Program-made: the position numbers and the translations under genes
Part shown: positions 26,866 to 40,600 of the stretch, piece by piece
Position numbering within the stretch: the stretch's first letter is position 1
Layout: each line of letters starts with the position of its first letter
The notes under the pieces: model-generated
Told to the model about the DNA's origin: nothing
Database searches by the model: none
The model's input: the letters and a program-made list of their open reading frames with translations, nothing else
NCBI GenBank assembly: GCA_036172245.1
Contig: JAYWIR010000045.1
Coordinates: forward strand, 1,054,001-1,118,000
Direction: 5' to 3'
From: Raillietiella orientalis
Taxonomy: Eukaryota
DNA length: 64,000 nt

Positions 26866-26891
<26 letters not shown>
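26866..26891. repeat. (TG)13 microsatellite
   Basis: Direct reading. Confidence 0.95.
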
Positions 26892-26897
<6 letters not shown>

Positions 26898-27240
26898 ACC
26901 TGACAAGTGACGAACGAGTCTGGGAACGACGACTTTCCCGTAACTCCCAAAGGGAAGCGTTGCGGACTGAGCAGGAGGAGATGTTGGCGTACAGGGAATA
27001 ATCTCTGAAGGTAAATTGGAATCCGCGAAGATTACACGGCGGGGCCCTGTGCTAATCTGTCAGTATCTGGAAAAAAGAAAAAAAAAAAAATGCTGATGGG
27101 CGATTATGAGCTCCCGAAAGGGCCGTTGCATGCGTAACGCCCATTAGAACGCGATGCTGCTGCGAGCCGTCGGCAAAAGGGAGCGACCTCTGGTCGAACA
27201 CGCTTGCGTGTTGCGTGCAGAGCACGCGCGCCCGCGTGGT

Positions 27241-27272
27241 TGTGTGTGTGTGTGTGTGTGTGTATGTGTGTG
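27241..27272. repeat. (TG)n microsatellite with one interruption
   Basis: Direct reading. Confidence 0.95.
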
Positions 27273-27464
27273 TTCGCCTGCTCTTCTTGCTGTTCAGACT
27301 CGCGAGCTCCATATTGGTGGTAGGTGGAGGTGGGGCGGAGAAGACATGGAAGACACCTTCCATGCAGACTTGCAGCATTCCTGGCCTGCTGGCCTAATGA
27401 GTTCCGACTGATCGCCGCTGCTCGAGTGACTGAAAGATCCGTGTCATCTTCATCGATCCATCCT

Positions 27465-27572
27465 TTGTCTTCCTCCTTATCCTACTTCTCCCTTCTTCCT
27501 CCTCCCCCTTCCTCCCCTTTCCTCTTCCTTTTCTCCGACTCCTTCCATTTTCCTCCTCTTCTTCCTCATCTC
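27465..27572. repeat. Pyrimidine-rich low-complexity (CCT/CTT) tract
   Basis: Direct reading. Confidence 0.8.
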
Positions 27573-27599
27573 CAATCCGTCCCGAGTCAGCCGTAGCTC

Positions 27600-28339
27600 T
27601 AATGAAAAAGCACAGATACAGCAACACCACCGGGGATTGCAGGGAAGAGGAGAGAGAAAGAATGCTACGCTTCCCATGGATCTGCATGGACCCCCGAAGT
27701 ATCCCTCCCGGGCGTGAGCGCCGGGCAGGATAATTCAGGGAACTGGTGCGCGCCCTAGGTGCGCCTCCACTAGCCATTTCGGCCTGTTTCGGAGCGTCCC
27801 AGCGGGAAAGCAGCTGCTCCGCAACCTCCCCTCCCCATCGGTGCGTTCCCTCCGGTTTAGCAGGATCCTCCAGCGCTGACTTGCAGAGAACTCCCAGGGA
27901 CAAGTTCCGAAACTACTCTCCCAGAGCAGCCAAAGAGTATCCTAAACTCAGCAGCTCATTCACCCTCATTTCTTGACCAGTCCCATCTTTGCGTGGTGAC
28001 TCAGCCGATTCTCACAACCTGGGTCACCACAAGCTCCTTTCTTTCCCTTCTCCCGGCTCCTCACCTCCGGAAGCGTGAAACAAGCACGCGCTGCTTTCGT
28101 GCGGAGGGATCTTTCGTGGTGAGGAGGGAAGTTCACCGCATGGTCATTCACGTGTATGCCAGTAGCCACCTTAGGCAGGCTCAAGAGCTCAGTCACGAGA
28201 GCAGTCACAAGGCCAGCTAACTGAGCCAGGCGTCTCGTAGCGACGAAAGCACGGATCAGTCGGTGCGCCCCGTGAGCCGCTGCACGTTGGCCAAGGGAGT
28301 GTCGTTTTTCGGGTGCCTCCCGGAATCCCTTCCACAGAA
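27600..28339 (-). mobile_element. LINE ORF2 post-RT fragment of another family, directly downstream of the 28.3-kb element end
   Basis: Begins KLLWKG (~FLWxG). The remainder is degenerate. Confidence 0.3.
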
Positions 28340-30000
28340 GTTTTTTACCCGGTCACGCCGGGACGTTTATTTATATAAACGAGCTAGAAACAGTTGTTTC
28401 CAACCCACGACTATGTAGACATGCAGCGGAGATTCACCACTGGCACGCAGGCCAGGAAAACGGAAGAACACGGACGACTGAGGGGAGTCCAAAAAAAAAA
28501 AAATTTTTAAACTGGAGGAGTGGGCCAGGGAACTTCGGTGACGCTCCGCAGTCACCGGGAAACTCATAAGTTTCAGCACCAAAACCCCTGCGGAGCGTAT
28601 AGGGAAAAGGATGCGAGAACAAAAAAAAAAAAAATCAAGTAAAAATAAAATGAGGGCGGATCACCGGGTTCGTCGTTCTAAGCCGTTTCTCATCCGGGGA
28701 TGGATACCGGTTAGGTGCTCCGTTGTGTCTTCCCATAAGTGTCGCCACCCAGCTGCCGACCTGATGAAGTCGGCTGCCTTCCTGGTGACACAACATTGCT
28801 ATCCAGTGTTCTCCAGCACGTCTCGGACCGTGGCGATGGCGCGGATGCAACCAACAGTGGAAATCGTCGCAGCCATCGAAAGTCCTTGTGGCTGGAAGAA
28901 CCGTCGCAGCACTTCTCGAGCGGTTTCACCCGGAAGCGGGAGAGCTGCTGCTAGCCTCCTCCAGAGTTCCTGGAGGGCACCGCAGTCCATAACAAGGTGC
29001 GGGAACGACTCCGTCGCCCCGCACCGGGCACAGTAGGGAGAAGCCACCCCACCGGAAACTCGGTGGCGCCGCTCGTTGTAGCGCAAGCCCCAGTGCAAGA
29101 AGAGCAAGACGTCTTGCTTCCATGCAAGGGGAAACACCGAACCGTCCAAACACCAAGGAGGGATTGTAAGTTCCTCGGGGGCAACACCTAGTGCTTCTCC
29201 CCACCGAAGTAATCGCTTTGGTGTTGCACGAGGAGTGGCGGCATCCGCAAGCTCGCTCGTGACCCATTCGCCAACTGGTTTTGTTCTTCCTGCAATGGTG
29301 CAAGAGAACTCCCACTTCGCCGGCTGGCTACTGTCATCTCGATCCTCGAGTGCAGACAGTGCTTCGGCGAGGGGCGTGGCGGCCAGGGAGGAAAACTTCA
29401 CCTCGTCCTGCACGACATCTTGGAGGGACCAAGGTTGAAATCGACGCAGGGGGCGGAGATCTTCACGGCTCATTCCTAAGGATACAGCCCAAGAATCTAA
29501 GGATTCCTGCCGCCAAGCATTGTAGTTCATCGGGCAGCAGGAAATCCACGCATTGGCTTCCAATAGGGAGGCGATTTGCCTCAGAGGATAGCCAAATCCC
29601 TGTTTCCTGTGACGCATGCCAGGCACCAAGGAAAGAAGTCCTTCACTGCCTGCACACCTCCTTAGGAGGATGCGCGCGGGCGCACACAGGGGGGAAGTCC
29701 ATAGCCCAGCACACAGTGCGAGCATCCGGAACTGCACTTGCAGTCCGATTCTCTCCATCGTAAGGATGCCAAGACCAGCATCCCTTCCACAGAAGTCGCA
29801 GAGCCGCCGCCGGGGAATCCCGCCCCGAGTCAGAGGTGGTCAGCTCCTGTTTCCCCCGCTCATGAAGCACCTTCTCGCTTCGTGCAGTCATTGCCAGATT
29901 CCAAGCAGATCATTCCCTGGACAAGGAGAAAGAGAAAAAAGGAGTCATCAAGGATATAGCTCCCACCTGGTCTTCCCTCTGCTTTCACGGCGACCCTAAT
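28340..30000 (-). mobile_element. L1/Tx1-like LINE, 5'-truncated (subfamily A); best-preserved ORF2 piece is 28799-29758 (319 aa)
   Basis: LLWKG and RDAGLGILTMER upstream. ORF contains LHWGLRYNERRHR and the CCHC motif CARCGATESFPHLVMDC. T-rich 3'UTR ends in AATAAA plus the hairpin motif at 28348-28371. Confidence 0.85.
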
Positions 30001-30317
30001 TTGATGCTTCGAAACTTCGTTGCTCCCTCACTCCACTGGGATTTCTTCCTCTTTTAAAAAACGAACCTCTTATCGCTTCTCCTACCCCGCACTGGGATAG
30101 CTCACAAGGCCGACCGATCTTTCTCAGTTGCACCCTTTGTCCTTTCTCCCAATGCTCCATTCAAAATGCGACCTCCCAGAAAAGAGTAGTGCTTGCAGGT
30201 AGGCATCTCGGCCAATGTTTGAAACCCATTCTGCTGCCAGCCTCATGACAAGTGGAGGGATCATCAGAGGCGAACAGTTGCTGCCGCTTCACACGATGCT
30301 CGCAGCGTCTGCAGCGA

Positions 30318-31060
30318 GTTTTTCACCTGGTCACGCCGGAGCATTTCTTTATGGGAAAAAGGTAAACAAGCAAACCGGGAACGCAGCTTCCGAAAAAAAG
30401 ACAAAGAGAGGTTCACCCTCACGCATGGTCAGCTTGTAAGGAAGTCCGGAGCAGGAGGGAGGAGACAAGAATTCAGTAGGAAAAGAAAGGGAGGGTAGGG
30501 ACCTTCCTTTGCTCCAAACCTCTCTTTCTTTCAGAAGCCACTCCTTATAACCGGAGTGGATTGGTGGAGACCTCCCTGGCAACTTTTTCTTTCAGGTGAG
30601 GTCACCTCGCAGCCGCCCTCACGAAGGCGACCGCCATGCGGGTGGCCTCCCTTCGCTGCGCCGGACGCTCCAGCGCGTGACAGGCCGCGACGAAGGCGCG
30701 GATGCAACATCTCGTCGCAATCATAGCGTGCCTGTCGGGACTGCGCGCCTCGCGCAAAGAGTCCCCGCAGCAGGTCCGTAGCGGTGTCCTCCGGGCGACG
30801 GATCGCCAAAGATAGCTTCTTCCAGAATTCTCGAATCGAGGGTACCACAGCCCATCTCGAACGGCTTGGAGGTGCAACTCCTCCGGAAACGAGGTGCCTG
30901 CGCCGATGGAACTGAAATCCCCAATGCAGATGCAGCAGAACGTCCCGTTATCATCTCGAGGGAAGCGCCTAAGTGTTCGTGCACGGAAGAGTTCTGCGGG
31001 AGGCACACCTCAAAGTTCGATCCAGTGGAGCGCTCCCTTCGCCCGGAAGGGAAGAGGCCT
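30318..31060 (-). mobile_element. Subfamily A LINE 3' end; near-identical inverted copy of 52142-52880
   Basis: The ORF-track translations match those at 52-52.8 kb almost exactly. Contains LHWG...RRRHLVSGG with the CCHC deleted. Terminal motif at 30326-30340. Confidence 0.85.
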
Positions 31061-31099
31061 TCATACCACCTCTTCCTTTCCCTCAAACCAAACGTGCTG

Positions 31100-32190
31100 A
31101 TGCGGCCTGATCGAACTCAGCAACTAAGCCTCATCCCGTTCGTCTTCTCGGCGCTCTCCGCTCGACTGCCTGGTTCCTGCGTAGTCTTCCGGACAAATTC
31201 GTGCTTTCGCCTCAGGGAATGGGTGGGAGTCATCCTGTGTCCGGAAGACGCCCGTGCCCGGTTCGAAAAAAGAAACGACTTGCACCTCCGCGCAACCTTC
31301 TCAGCGACGCAAATCCAACGCGTTCGCACGGACACTCGTTCCTCCTGTCGCTTTCTGGAGGCACTCCTGAGTTGATCTGCCAAAGTGTCCTTATTTTGCA
31401 CGATGATCCCTTGACTCTTACAAGCCTCTTCAGTAGGAGCTTTCAGCAATGAGTTTGTCCTTCTCACTGCATGTTTATTGTCTGGGTGCTAAGAAACGCT
31501 CCGGAACAAGCAGTTGAGGGCAGGATGGAGCAGACAGCCCGTCGTTCGCAAAACCGCAGCGGTCAACCACCACCATCGTGGCACCGCCGGATCTGCTCGA
31601 TCACTTGCTGGGTGATGAGGGCAGATGAGAACGCGTGTCGAGGACAAGACCTCCGTGTTGCTGGCTCGAAGGTGGGCCAGTTTTCTGTTTCGGGTTCAGC
31701 TGCTCCCCCGACTTCGTCCAAGGCAGTAGTGGCCTAGTATGCGTCCTTGGGTAGCTGGCTTTCACGGTGATCTGTTTTTGTGCGCACCTGCGAGTGGCCG
31801 ACTACCCCTTCGCCACGACGCTGCAGGTCCTCGCGCGATGCTCCCGGTCGTCGGCATGCAGGCTCTTTTCATCCTGAGACTCATGCTACTTCCAGGGAGA
31901 CGAACTGTTTGCTCATGAGCATAGCGTAGCTCTGCGTGCGCTTTGTGAGTTCCCAGAAAACGTCTGCTCCCAAACGCCCGAGTTCAACCAGGAGGGTGTC
32001 TGTCAATGAGGAATAATTCCCCCTTCCTTCTCTTGAAATTTTCCGTCATTCTCCATCCCTGATCGTCTTTGTCTCGTACTTTTGATCCTTCCTCCTCCGG
32101 AAAAAGGTCAAGCATTTTTTCCTGGAGCCCTCCATAGCAAGAAAGGTCAGGAATTCCGTTCACTCTAGCCGCAAGCGTCCTCACCGAATG
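31100..32190 (-). mobile_element. Decayed LINE RT remnant
   Basis: RVNGIPDLSCY (~PGxDGIPxEFY, ~32150), GII...TLADQ (~LFADD, ~31390), KTNGMRLS (~SGMxIN, ~31130). Confidence 0.35.
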
Positions 32191-33099
32191 CTCGTGTAGG
32201 AGCGAGTGATTCTTTTTGTGGTTTCATCCTCCATAGACAAAGGAACTCTTTCTGTTTTTTTTCTTCGGTAGAGTGGGAGAGCAGAGGTGAGGAACACAAC
32301 CGCGTGGTTGTGTTCCTTACCTCTTTGCATTCCTTCTTTACTCTGTCGAAGGTACTGGTCTCTGGTGCTGCCAGATGACATCACAGGCAATACCTCAACG
32401 AGCTGCCCAGCACCGCGATATTGACGAGTAGTTTCGATTTTCGAGATGTTCAGCTTCCCCCGACCTGCCCTGCCAACGATCTGTTAAGTAGACAGGAGAA
32501 GCTTTCCAGCTACGAGATGTTCGTTCCGTCAAGGATGGAGTGCTTGTCTCCACTGAACGCCAGACTGATAACAGTCACAAAGTAAGCAACATTGTTCTTC
32601 CTCTCGAGATCGACCGAGATGATGTTAGTTCGGAGTGAACGCACAAGTTTCTGTGCGTTTCCGGTCCAGCGGAGCGGGAAATGGCTTAGAATGTCGGAGC
32701 AATCTACATTTCGCTCTGCCCGCGTTGCGGCTCACGCAGCCAACCACGTGTCCACTCTCACCTCCAGATCTGCCGCTGACATCACAAAAAAAACAAAAAC
32801 AAAAAGGCGCTTTCCGCACTCTGGAGAAGTGCCAACCATTCTGTGATGGAAGGATCTTTACGAGGGGAAGACGGCTCCATTTTCGCAACTGGAGGGAGAC
32901 CTCCGAAGAAGACCGACTCCTTGATCCTTGGAGAGACCTGGAGGGTCAACTTCCAAATCCCTGCCACTCGTCCGGGGCATCCGGCTTCCACCAGCGCGGT
33001 GTGAAACACCTTTGTGATTCCCCTCTTCCTTTTCTGCTTTTTGTTTGCCTCCCTCCATGCAGCATTAGAAAGCGGACATAGGACCTCCTGCGGATCTCC

Positions 33100-34490
33100 C
33101 TCTGGGGAATGTGAGGTTTGGAGGCCTCCTGAAGGACTTGTGTGCTCCGCACCGGGATGGCGGCCTAGACCTCCTGACGCTGGAGCGAATGGAGCTGCAG
33201 CTCCAGTTTCGACCACTTGCCCTCGTGGAAAACCTCTGGAGCACCACCTGGTGCTAACCTGCACGCCTTCCCGTCCAGCAAGCATCCGGCAGCGTGAGAC
33301 TCGCATCCTTCCTTGCGCACCGTCCACGCAGTCTCCTCCCCTAGGGACTGCATCTGCGGCAGGTGGCCACGCTAACGAGGAAAGACGGATGGATCTGGTG
33401 CAGCCCCTGCAAACGGTGGTGCCTGGTTACAGGAAACCGTTTGCATGCGGACGAGGATCCAGGAACCAAGCGCGGAATAGGTACGACGTTTCCTGTACGC
33501 GCGCACCAGCAACTCCGGAAGATCCTGGAAGATCCCGCGAAGAGTGCGTGGGCAAGCAGAACCTCCTTCCCAGCAGCGCTCAACTCCCTTAGGAAGTACA
33601 TGGGCAGCAGCCTTACGGCTAGATGGGAGGTCACTGTGGAAACCTCCGGAAGGAGGAAAGGACTGGGCAAGTGAACGACGGGCCAGCTCATCGACTCTGC
33701 AACCCCTATTGTTCGACCTCGTGGACTTTTGTACTGGAGTGTGCCACTGAGTATTCCGGAGGCAGACCTGCAGTAGCCCCCAACTCTCATGAACACCCGC
33801 ACCCTCCCCTCAAAGTGGCAGGAGTCGGCACTGATGCTGCTGCTCGGGGTCCTCTCGTGCAGCGCCCGCCGGCATCATTGGACACGGAGGGAAGGGGTGG
33901 ACCCGAACTGTGCAAGGTAAGGGGAGCGAGAAGCCCTCCCGCACCTGCTTGTGGGATTGCGTTGCTCTCCGCTCCCTTTTGGGAGCTTTGCCGCGGCCCT
34001 TGAAACCCCCGGCGGCAACGCCAGAGACCTTTGAAAGCGCGGCGCCCTCACGCCGGCCGCAGCCTCAGCAGCACTGCGCTGCCCACGCGGCGGGACCGTG
34101 GCTCCATGGAGCAATGCCAGAGGAGGCAACAACAACAGGGACGCCACCTATTTTGCTGTCCTCTTCATGAGGACGGCGTCAAGATGTCCCCATCCGGGAG
34201 TCTTGAAACAGGAACTTGCCGGCATCCTTGCAAGGATGCAAAGGACACTCTCCAGAACACAGTGATTTCCTTCCCGAACCCCCCCATTCTTCGACTGCAT
34301 ATTTTTTGTTTTATTCTTTTCTTTTTGTTTGTCTCCCCTTACCCTGCTGCCGAGGCGAACCCCGCTGGCCTGCGTGCCAGTTCCCGCCAACTTTCTTCTC
34401 GTATTTATAATTTACGTGACAGGATCAAACGTGCTGCCACAGACTGCCCTGTTTATTTTATAAATAAACGCCCCGACGTGACCGGGTACC
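33100..34490 (+). mobile_element. L1/Tx1-like LINE, 5'-truncated (subfamily B)
   Basis: LCAPHRDGGLDLLTLERMELQLQFR at ~33140; WEV...RKGLGK*TTGQLIDSATP; CCHC remnant PNCAR*GEREALPHLLVGL(~C) at ~33900; terminal motif at 34463-34486. Confidence 0.8.
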
Positions 34491-34639
34491 AACCAGTGCC
34501 GCACTCGAATCCCATGGACCAACCAGCGTCATCTTGCGAGGAGAAAAATACCATTTCTTGGCGTCGATCCTTCACGTAAGGATTCGAACTTGCATCGCCT
34601 GGTACCACGCGCGGAGACCGCGGTCACTCGGCCGCCAAC
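34487..34639 (-). mobile_element. 5' head of the tRNA-derived SINE (copy 3), fused to the LINE 3' end
   Basis: Minus strand reads TGGCGGCCGAGTGA (A-box-like) ... GTTCGAATCC (B-box, 34580-34589) ... ggatcgacgccaagaa ... caagatgacgctggttgg ... ggcactg. This is homologous to 4213-4362. Confidence 0.75.
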
Positions 34640-37600
34640 TTGCACCTCAGCCCTTTGGAGGGCGCTCGTCGAAGGAAACAGTGCGCTTCTTCATACACTC
34701 TCGAGAGGCATGAATCCAGCAACTCCATGGTAAGAGATAGTGGGGGTCTTCCCCACTCTCCGATGGGGGAGAACGGCTTCATTTGCCCAACCAGAGGGAA
34801 ACTCCGGAGGAAATCTGGCTCATGATTAAGGGGTGCAAAGCGAACCAGGGGACGGAGTTGGGAGCGGCACGTCTGCGCTCCTGTGCAGACTCTTCTCAAA
34901 GGATCGCGCGTATGGCTGGAGGAATCGCTCTTTAACGGGTGGTTACGGCTCCAAGGGAAAGGAGAGATTGCTGCAATGTCGTGGAATCCATTTATACAAG
35001 CAAAGGCTTGGCCTGGTAATTGGCAAGTTCATTTCGGATGGCGGAGACGGGAGCAGTAAATGAGGATTAAATATTCACCCGCGCATCCAGCTCGCTACGC
35101 TGCGATTTATCGGACGAGTGTGAAATACAGCGGGGACGTTGCGCATCCTAGCTGTGCACAAGAGAGAGGTTCTGGAGTCTCAACGTTAGATTGAGAAGAG
35201 GAGGAGGAAAAGAAAAAATATAGTTGTGGGTCGGACGAGTTTCGGACCTGAAGTACATGACTTATCAAAAGTGAAAGGTCTCGTGTACGCACCAACAAGG
35301 AATGAGCTGAGTTATCTGGAGGATGATCAAAGTGCCGGAGACTGGAGCTACCCAGAGAAAGATACTGAAGAGAGTTATGGGCGTGGCGAACGACAGAAGT
35401 GAGATTAGAAACCGAATTCGTCACAAGTATGTGAGCTCACCACGCGTAGGTGCCATAGAGATCACTCCGAGTTCATTGGAATCGAAACGCGTCCGGTAAA
35501 TCCATTTTAGAATATTCAGCTTTTGCAAATTGCGAATGTTTAAGACAGCAAACTTACGTGTTTGTGTATCGTACAAAATGTAAAGCATGCCGATCCCTTT
35601 TGAGAAAACATCGTCTCTGTCTGGCCGGCATCTCGAGGTGCGATGCCTCCAGCAAATGGAAAGCTCTGCATTCCAGTAAAATGCCTAAACGGAAGCTCGT
35701 GCAAAAAGAAAAAAAAAATCCCAATTTCCGATTCTTGCAAAGAGGGTTCTTAGAATGAATCCCAATTTTAGCGATGGATTCTGTGGCGAGCCAGCCTGGA
35801 CGCAGAAACAGATGCCAAACGTCACGTCGAACTGCTACGTGATCGCTGGACCCAGCTGAGAGCCAAACACCCAGTTGTCTTTGAAACTGAACCCAGTTCT
35901 GGTTAAACAAAGTTTCACTCGAAGACGAACAGACTCCAGAACTTGTTTCAGGAAAAGTCGGGATTTCGTAAAAGAACAAGTGCGAACGAATAAGGAGACA
36001 CACGATCTGAAGGAAGCCGCAGTAACAAGAGTATTGGATTCATGTAAGTGGAGTTTCAAGAACACATTCATGAAGGAAGCTCACGCCTTCCGGGATGGCC
36101 GAGTCTACGAGATCCCAGTCTTTGAAGAACTGTTCTTTCTTCAACTGGTCCCTTCACATCCGTAACAGACGTAAGATTCCTCCAGCTCGCAAATTTTACG
36201 TTACTTGCCTCTGGGCAAGGTATTAAGTACAAGTGCAAACGATTTCTGTCGGTGCGATCATCCTTAAAGGCATGCGCCGAATGCGCTGCAACGTAAGCTA
36301 CAGCGATACGGATTTCTCTCCTTGCCTAATCTCCCGCATGGAGACCTTCCCCTCCTGTCATCTTGGAGATTCAACACCGATAGTCAGACGACTGCTTTAA
36401 TCGACGTCCCATCGGATGGCATCACCAGCGTCGATTCCTGTCTCTCCGGGTGGATGATAGGAAGCATCGTGGAAGAAGTTGGCGTTGTGGAAGGACTCAC
36501 CCTCCTCCAGAGCTGGCAAAGCGCCTGTCTTCCAGACAATCCTCCCGCCTGGTCTGATTCGCATTCCTTCAGCGGAGCTGAGGCAGGAGGATCGGATGCA
36601 TCAGCACTCACTTGGAAACTCCCTGTGAGTGCAGAGCAGACAGAAAAAGTTCCGCACTTAAGTGAGAAGTTCCCACACACCTCGAAATTTCGCATCGGTT
36701 TTCAAGGGCCGTGTCTCTGTTTTGCCTGTCTTCTTTGTCTCTTTATTTGGGGTATTGAACCAGCTCCTGAGAGCATCATGCGAGCAGTCCCAGGCACCTG
36801 ATGGAGCACGGAAACTTGCAGTTCCCTCTAACAAAACAGAGCAGTGCGCTTGAGAGTAATGGATTATAGACTAAAGAACAGATACAGCTCGTTTCTTTTG
36901 AAGTGGCAGATTTCTGAGGATTCAGGAATGCTTCTCTAACGGAAGATATACTGTCTATTAAACTGGCCTGAAACTGTCTGGCAGGAGTTATCCATTTCCA
37001 GGAAACAGGAATGTGTTGTCCCCAGTCTGGACAGCAAGCATCAAAGATCTGTGTCTTCAGAAAGGGAGGTCCAAAAGAGATCTTCCTGCGAAAGACAACT
37101 GAAGGTATGAAAAGGGGAGACGAGATGCAAATGCAGCATTTATCGCTGGCTACAAGAATGGAGAAACCAAACGAAAAGTAACGTCGGATAACCGCAGCAG
37201 GCAACGTTGCGGATCCGGACGTAAGAAATGTAGAAGACACCTTCGGTCAGTGCGGTCCTTCCTCGCTGATGCAGAACGGATATGACACGGTTTGGGGAGA
37301 TGCCCTCGATGTTTCATTATTGTTTCCCTAGTCAAGAAGAGCAAGAATCTCCAGCACGCATTCCAACTTGGACCGAGTTCTCCGAATCACGTGGAATAGA
37401 CTAGCACATTTCCAGATAGGCGATTCCTTGAAGAGGAAGAGGGGGAATTATTTCCCTGAGGACAGGGATCTTTTCAGAAAAAGGTACAGGAAAAGCTGGG
37501 TGGCTGGATCGTTGCTGTTAACTTAGCCGGTGGCCATTTCAGGAGACCGATTCCTTTGATCACGAAGCGCAAGCGAAGTGCCTCCGAGACAGAGGACGGC

Positions 37601-40600
37601 CGAGCTATGCTGAAGTTGAGGCGCGAGCACGGTGCTGAAAGCGTTTGTCTGGGTAAATTCCTAGGAAAAAAGATCTGTCTAAATTCGTCGGTGATGCGGA
37701 TGCTTGGTGGGCATCCGGATCAATTTTGACCGGAGGACTTCTTTGTTATTCATGGGTCAGTTCTTCGTCGGCATCTTCTGTAACCACGCTCGATTACAGT
37801 TTGAGTCAACCAGCTGCGGGAAATGTTTCTGGAACGGACTCCTGAGAATCTCAGAATGACGGAGCCGGATGCCACTCCAGGGATGAAAACCATGAAAGGT
37901 TTGGAAAATTCCGTGAAAGGTCCGGAAAGAAGAGTTCTTGCCCATGTGGCATGCGAATTCCGTCTCTGGGGAGACAGTCGAGTTCGAGAGAAACACATCC
38001 AAGAAAGTTCATTGGAAAAAACTCAACACTTAAGAGCAGTGTTACTAGCCAGAATAATCATTGGGATGGCTTTTCGTCGTGTTCCTGCAGTGAAGCTCGC
38101 GAATCCATGTGTCCTGAAGGGAAATTCCTCAAACTAGTTAAAAATCCTGTCGAGCGCCTGGAAAAGGAAGACATATCTGGAGGGCGAAGAACGGAGGCAG
38201 AAGAATGCAGATCCGCCTCAGGGTGCAAGGAAGAAACAGGAGAAGCTTTCGTTCTCCGGAAGGAGGGTGATCTTATTCGAGTCCGACAGCTTGAGTCAGT
38301 CCGACAGGATGCAATGCACTCTGGGGGCCTGGATTCCATGTTCCCTTCCGCATCCCCTACTTGGTGCACGAAGCCTAACCTCACGCATAGGTCCCTTGGA
38401 TTTGTGCAACGTTGATAACTCTTGGAGAAGGATGGGAGGAAGCAAGCGCGCGATTGCTCGTCTCTTCTGCCTTGGTGCCACGTGAGCCACATTAAGAACC
38501 GAGTTCTTCAATCGCAGTCCCTGAGAGTGCACCGGACAATGCAGTGAGGGGATTGAGTATGTTGGTTGTTGCGATGGGAACCTCCAACGAAACGCTCATG
38601 CAATGACCGTCCTTGAAGATCGACTTTTACCATCAGCTGGGCCATTTCTCGCGCTTCCTTCTTCACGCATTGGCCTACCTCAAAACTCGTGCATGCTCTG
38701 CTCAAAGTTCCAAGCCGCAGATTTGGCCTGGTCCTGGAATTGCACCCTGACGAGATGCTGATCATTTTGCTTGTGGATGCTCCATCCCGACTGTTCTTCT
38801 TCGAAATGTCTCGCAGTGGCGGTCGTTCGACTTACCAAGAAAAGTAGAACTGTAGTTTGAAGACTGCCGTCAATTTGCTGATGGAAAAGTACAGCCGACT
38901 CGGTGCCTGAGGAACCACGCAGACGCAAAAAGTTGTCAGCAGCATCCTACGCAGCTGACAGGGTACATGCATTTTGTATAGGGACACGATAAACGCGGGT
39001 CGGAAGCGATTCAGCATCCTCTCTCCGGGTAGTCAACCTTGGCTTTCTTCCTGTTACCGAGGCCATTCGTGGAGAAGAGGAACGCTGCGCTATGATGGCC
39101 AAAGAGGTGACTGAGGCAAGCACAACACTGTGGCTCAAAATGGAAAACGCACCAGAGGTGCGCCATCGTTGTAGGCAGATGAAACCAATGAATGAAATGG
39201 CAAGCGACCTCGAAGTATTCTAAGAGAGACATTGGTGACCATGAAAATAATCGCGGGCGAAAACACACGCCATCTCCCTGATAAAACTCAGCAGAATCAA
39301 ATTCTAATCGCAAAGGGAAATTCTGGCTACATGCTCCTTTGGTGATGGTTGGAAGCGCTGCGATCTACCGTTTTCATCCACTGTAATTTTACATGACGCG
39401 ATCTCTCAATGAATGCCGAAAGAAAAACACTTTCTGCGTCCAGGACATTCGGCAGCATCGCGTGAGCAGTTCCAAGACTGTCGTGTTAAATGAATTCTTG
39501 CCCTCAGAACTTTTGCCCTCAAGGGAGGAAGGAGTCCTCTCGAATACTTGCCCCCTGGCATTTTCCTTGCGGCGAACCGACGACAGCAGTAGAGAAACAA
39601 TCGGGGACGAAAGCTCCAGAGTCCACCATCCAGTGAGGAGATGCACGGCGATTCCTGATCACGAAAGGAAGAGGTCAGCGAACTGCGCTGGACTGCACTA
39701 GATCTCTAGTTCTCTTACCAGCAGTGGCCATCTGCACATTGTTCACTAAACATTCATCCATGCCCCACGTCTCAATTTACTGTGACATCTGAGTACCCGC
39801 CGGGAAACGGATGGCGGATCGATCTTGCCATCGGTGCCTGAAATCTCGAGACCAGCTGCCAAACGTGATGAATCGTTCAGTTCGACACTTTCGACTCTGC
39901 ACCATCGGGCACGGCAGCCTGATCGGCTACACCATGGCACCGTGAGGCCGGTGGGGCGATCCTGACCTTCAGCGAAGAGGCAGCTGGCATGAGGTCGTCG
40001 AACTAGCCACAATAGAAAAGCGAATCCTATCACATTGAAGAACATAAAGACAGTATAAACTCCTTTATGCTGTGCTGCTAGATTCTACTCAGTGGAGCTC
40101 TGCTGCAGCTGGTGACACATCCAGTGAATGGACCAATCTTGCCTCATGTGATTCGAGATAGCATTCTCCAGTTTATCACGTGAATGCAGAAATGTTGACA
40201 TTCAAGAAAGGTTAATGCTGATATATGAATTAATAGCAAAGCCGCAAGCAGGAGCTTGTGTTGGAGATGTTTCCTTGTGGCACAGCCTCACTTGTCAGAC
40301 AGACTGTTTGAGCATATCCATCTGCCTACATTAGTACGGTTGCAGCCCGTTTCCCAGAAGTTTAGCAATGAATTAGGGAGAATATTTTATAGATGATTTT
40401 TTTTTCTTGGCGACTTGACAGAAAAAGGAATTGCGTCATCATATTGGATGCAAGATGGATGGCAAGACTGAGTTTTCAGCACTGCTCGCCATGGACATGC
40501 ATCTGTGCAGCTCTCTTCGAGAGGCGCTCAATGAGTACTCTCAAACTGGTGCGTCTTCGATACTTTTGTCGAGATGCTCTTGGGAAGTGAGATGGCTTTG

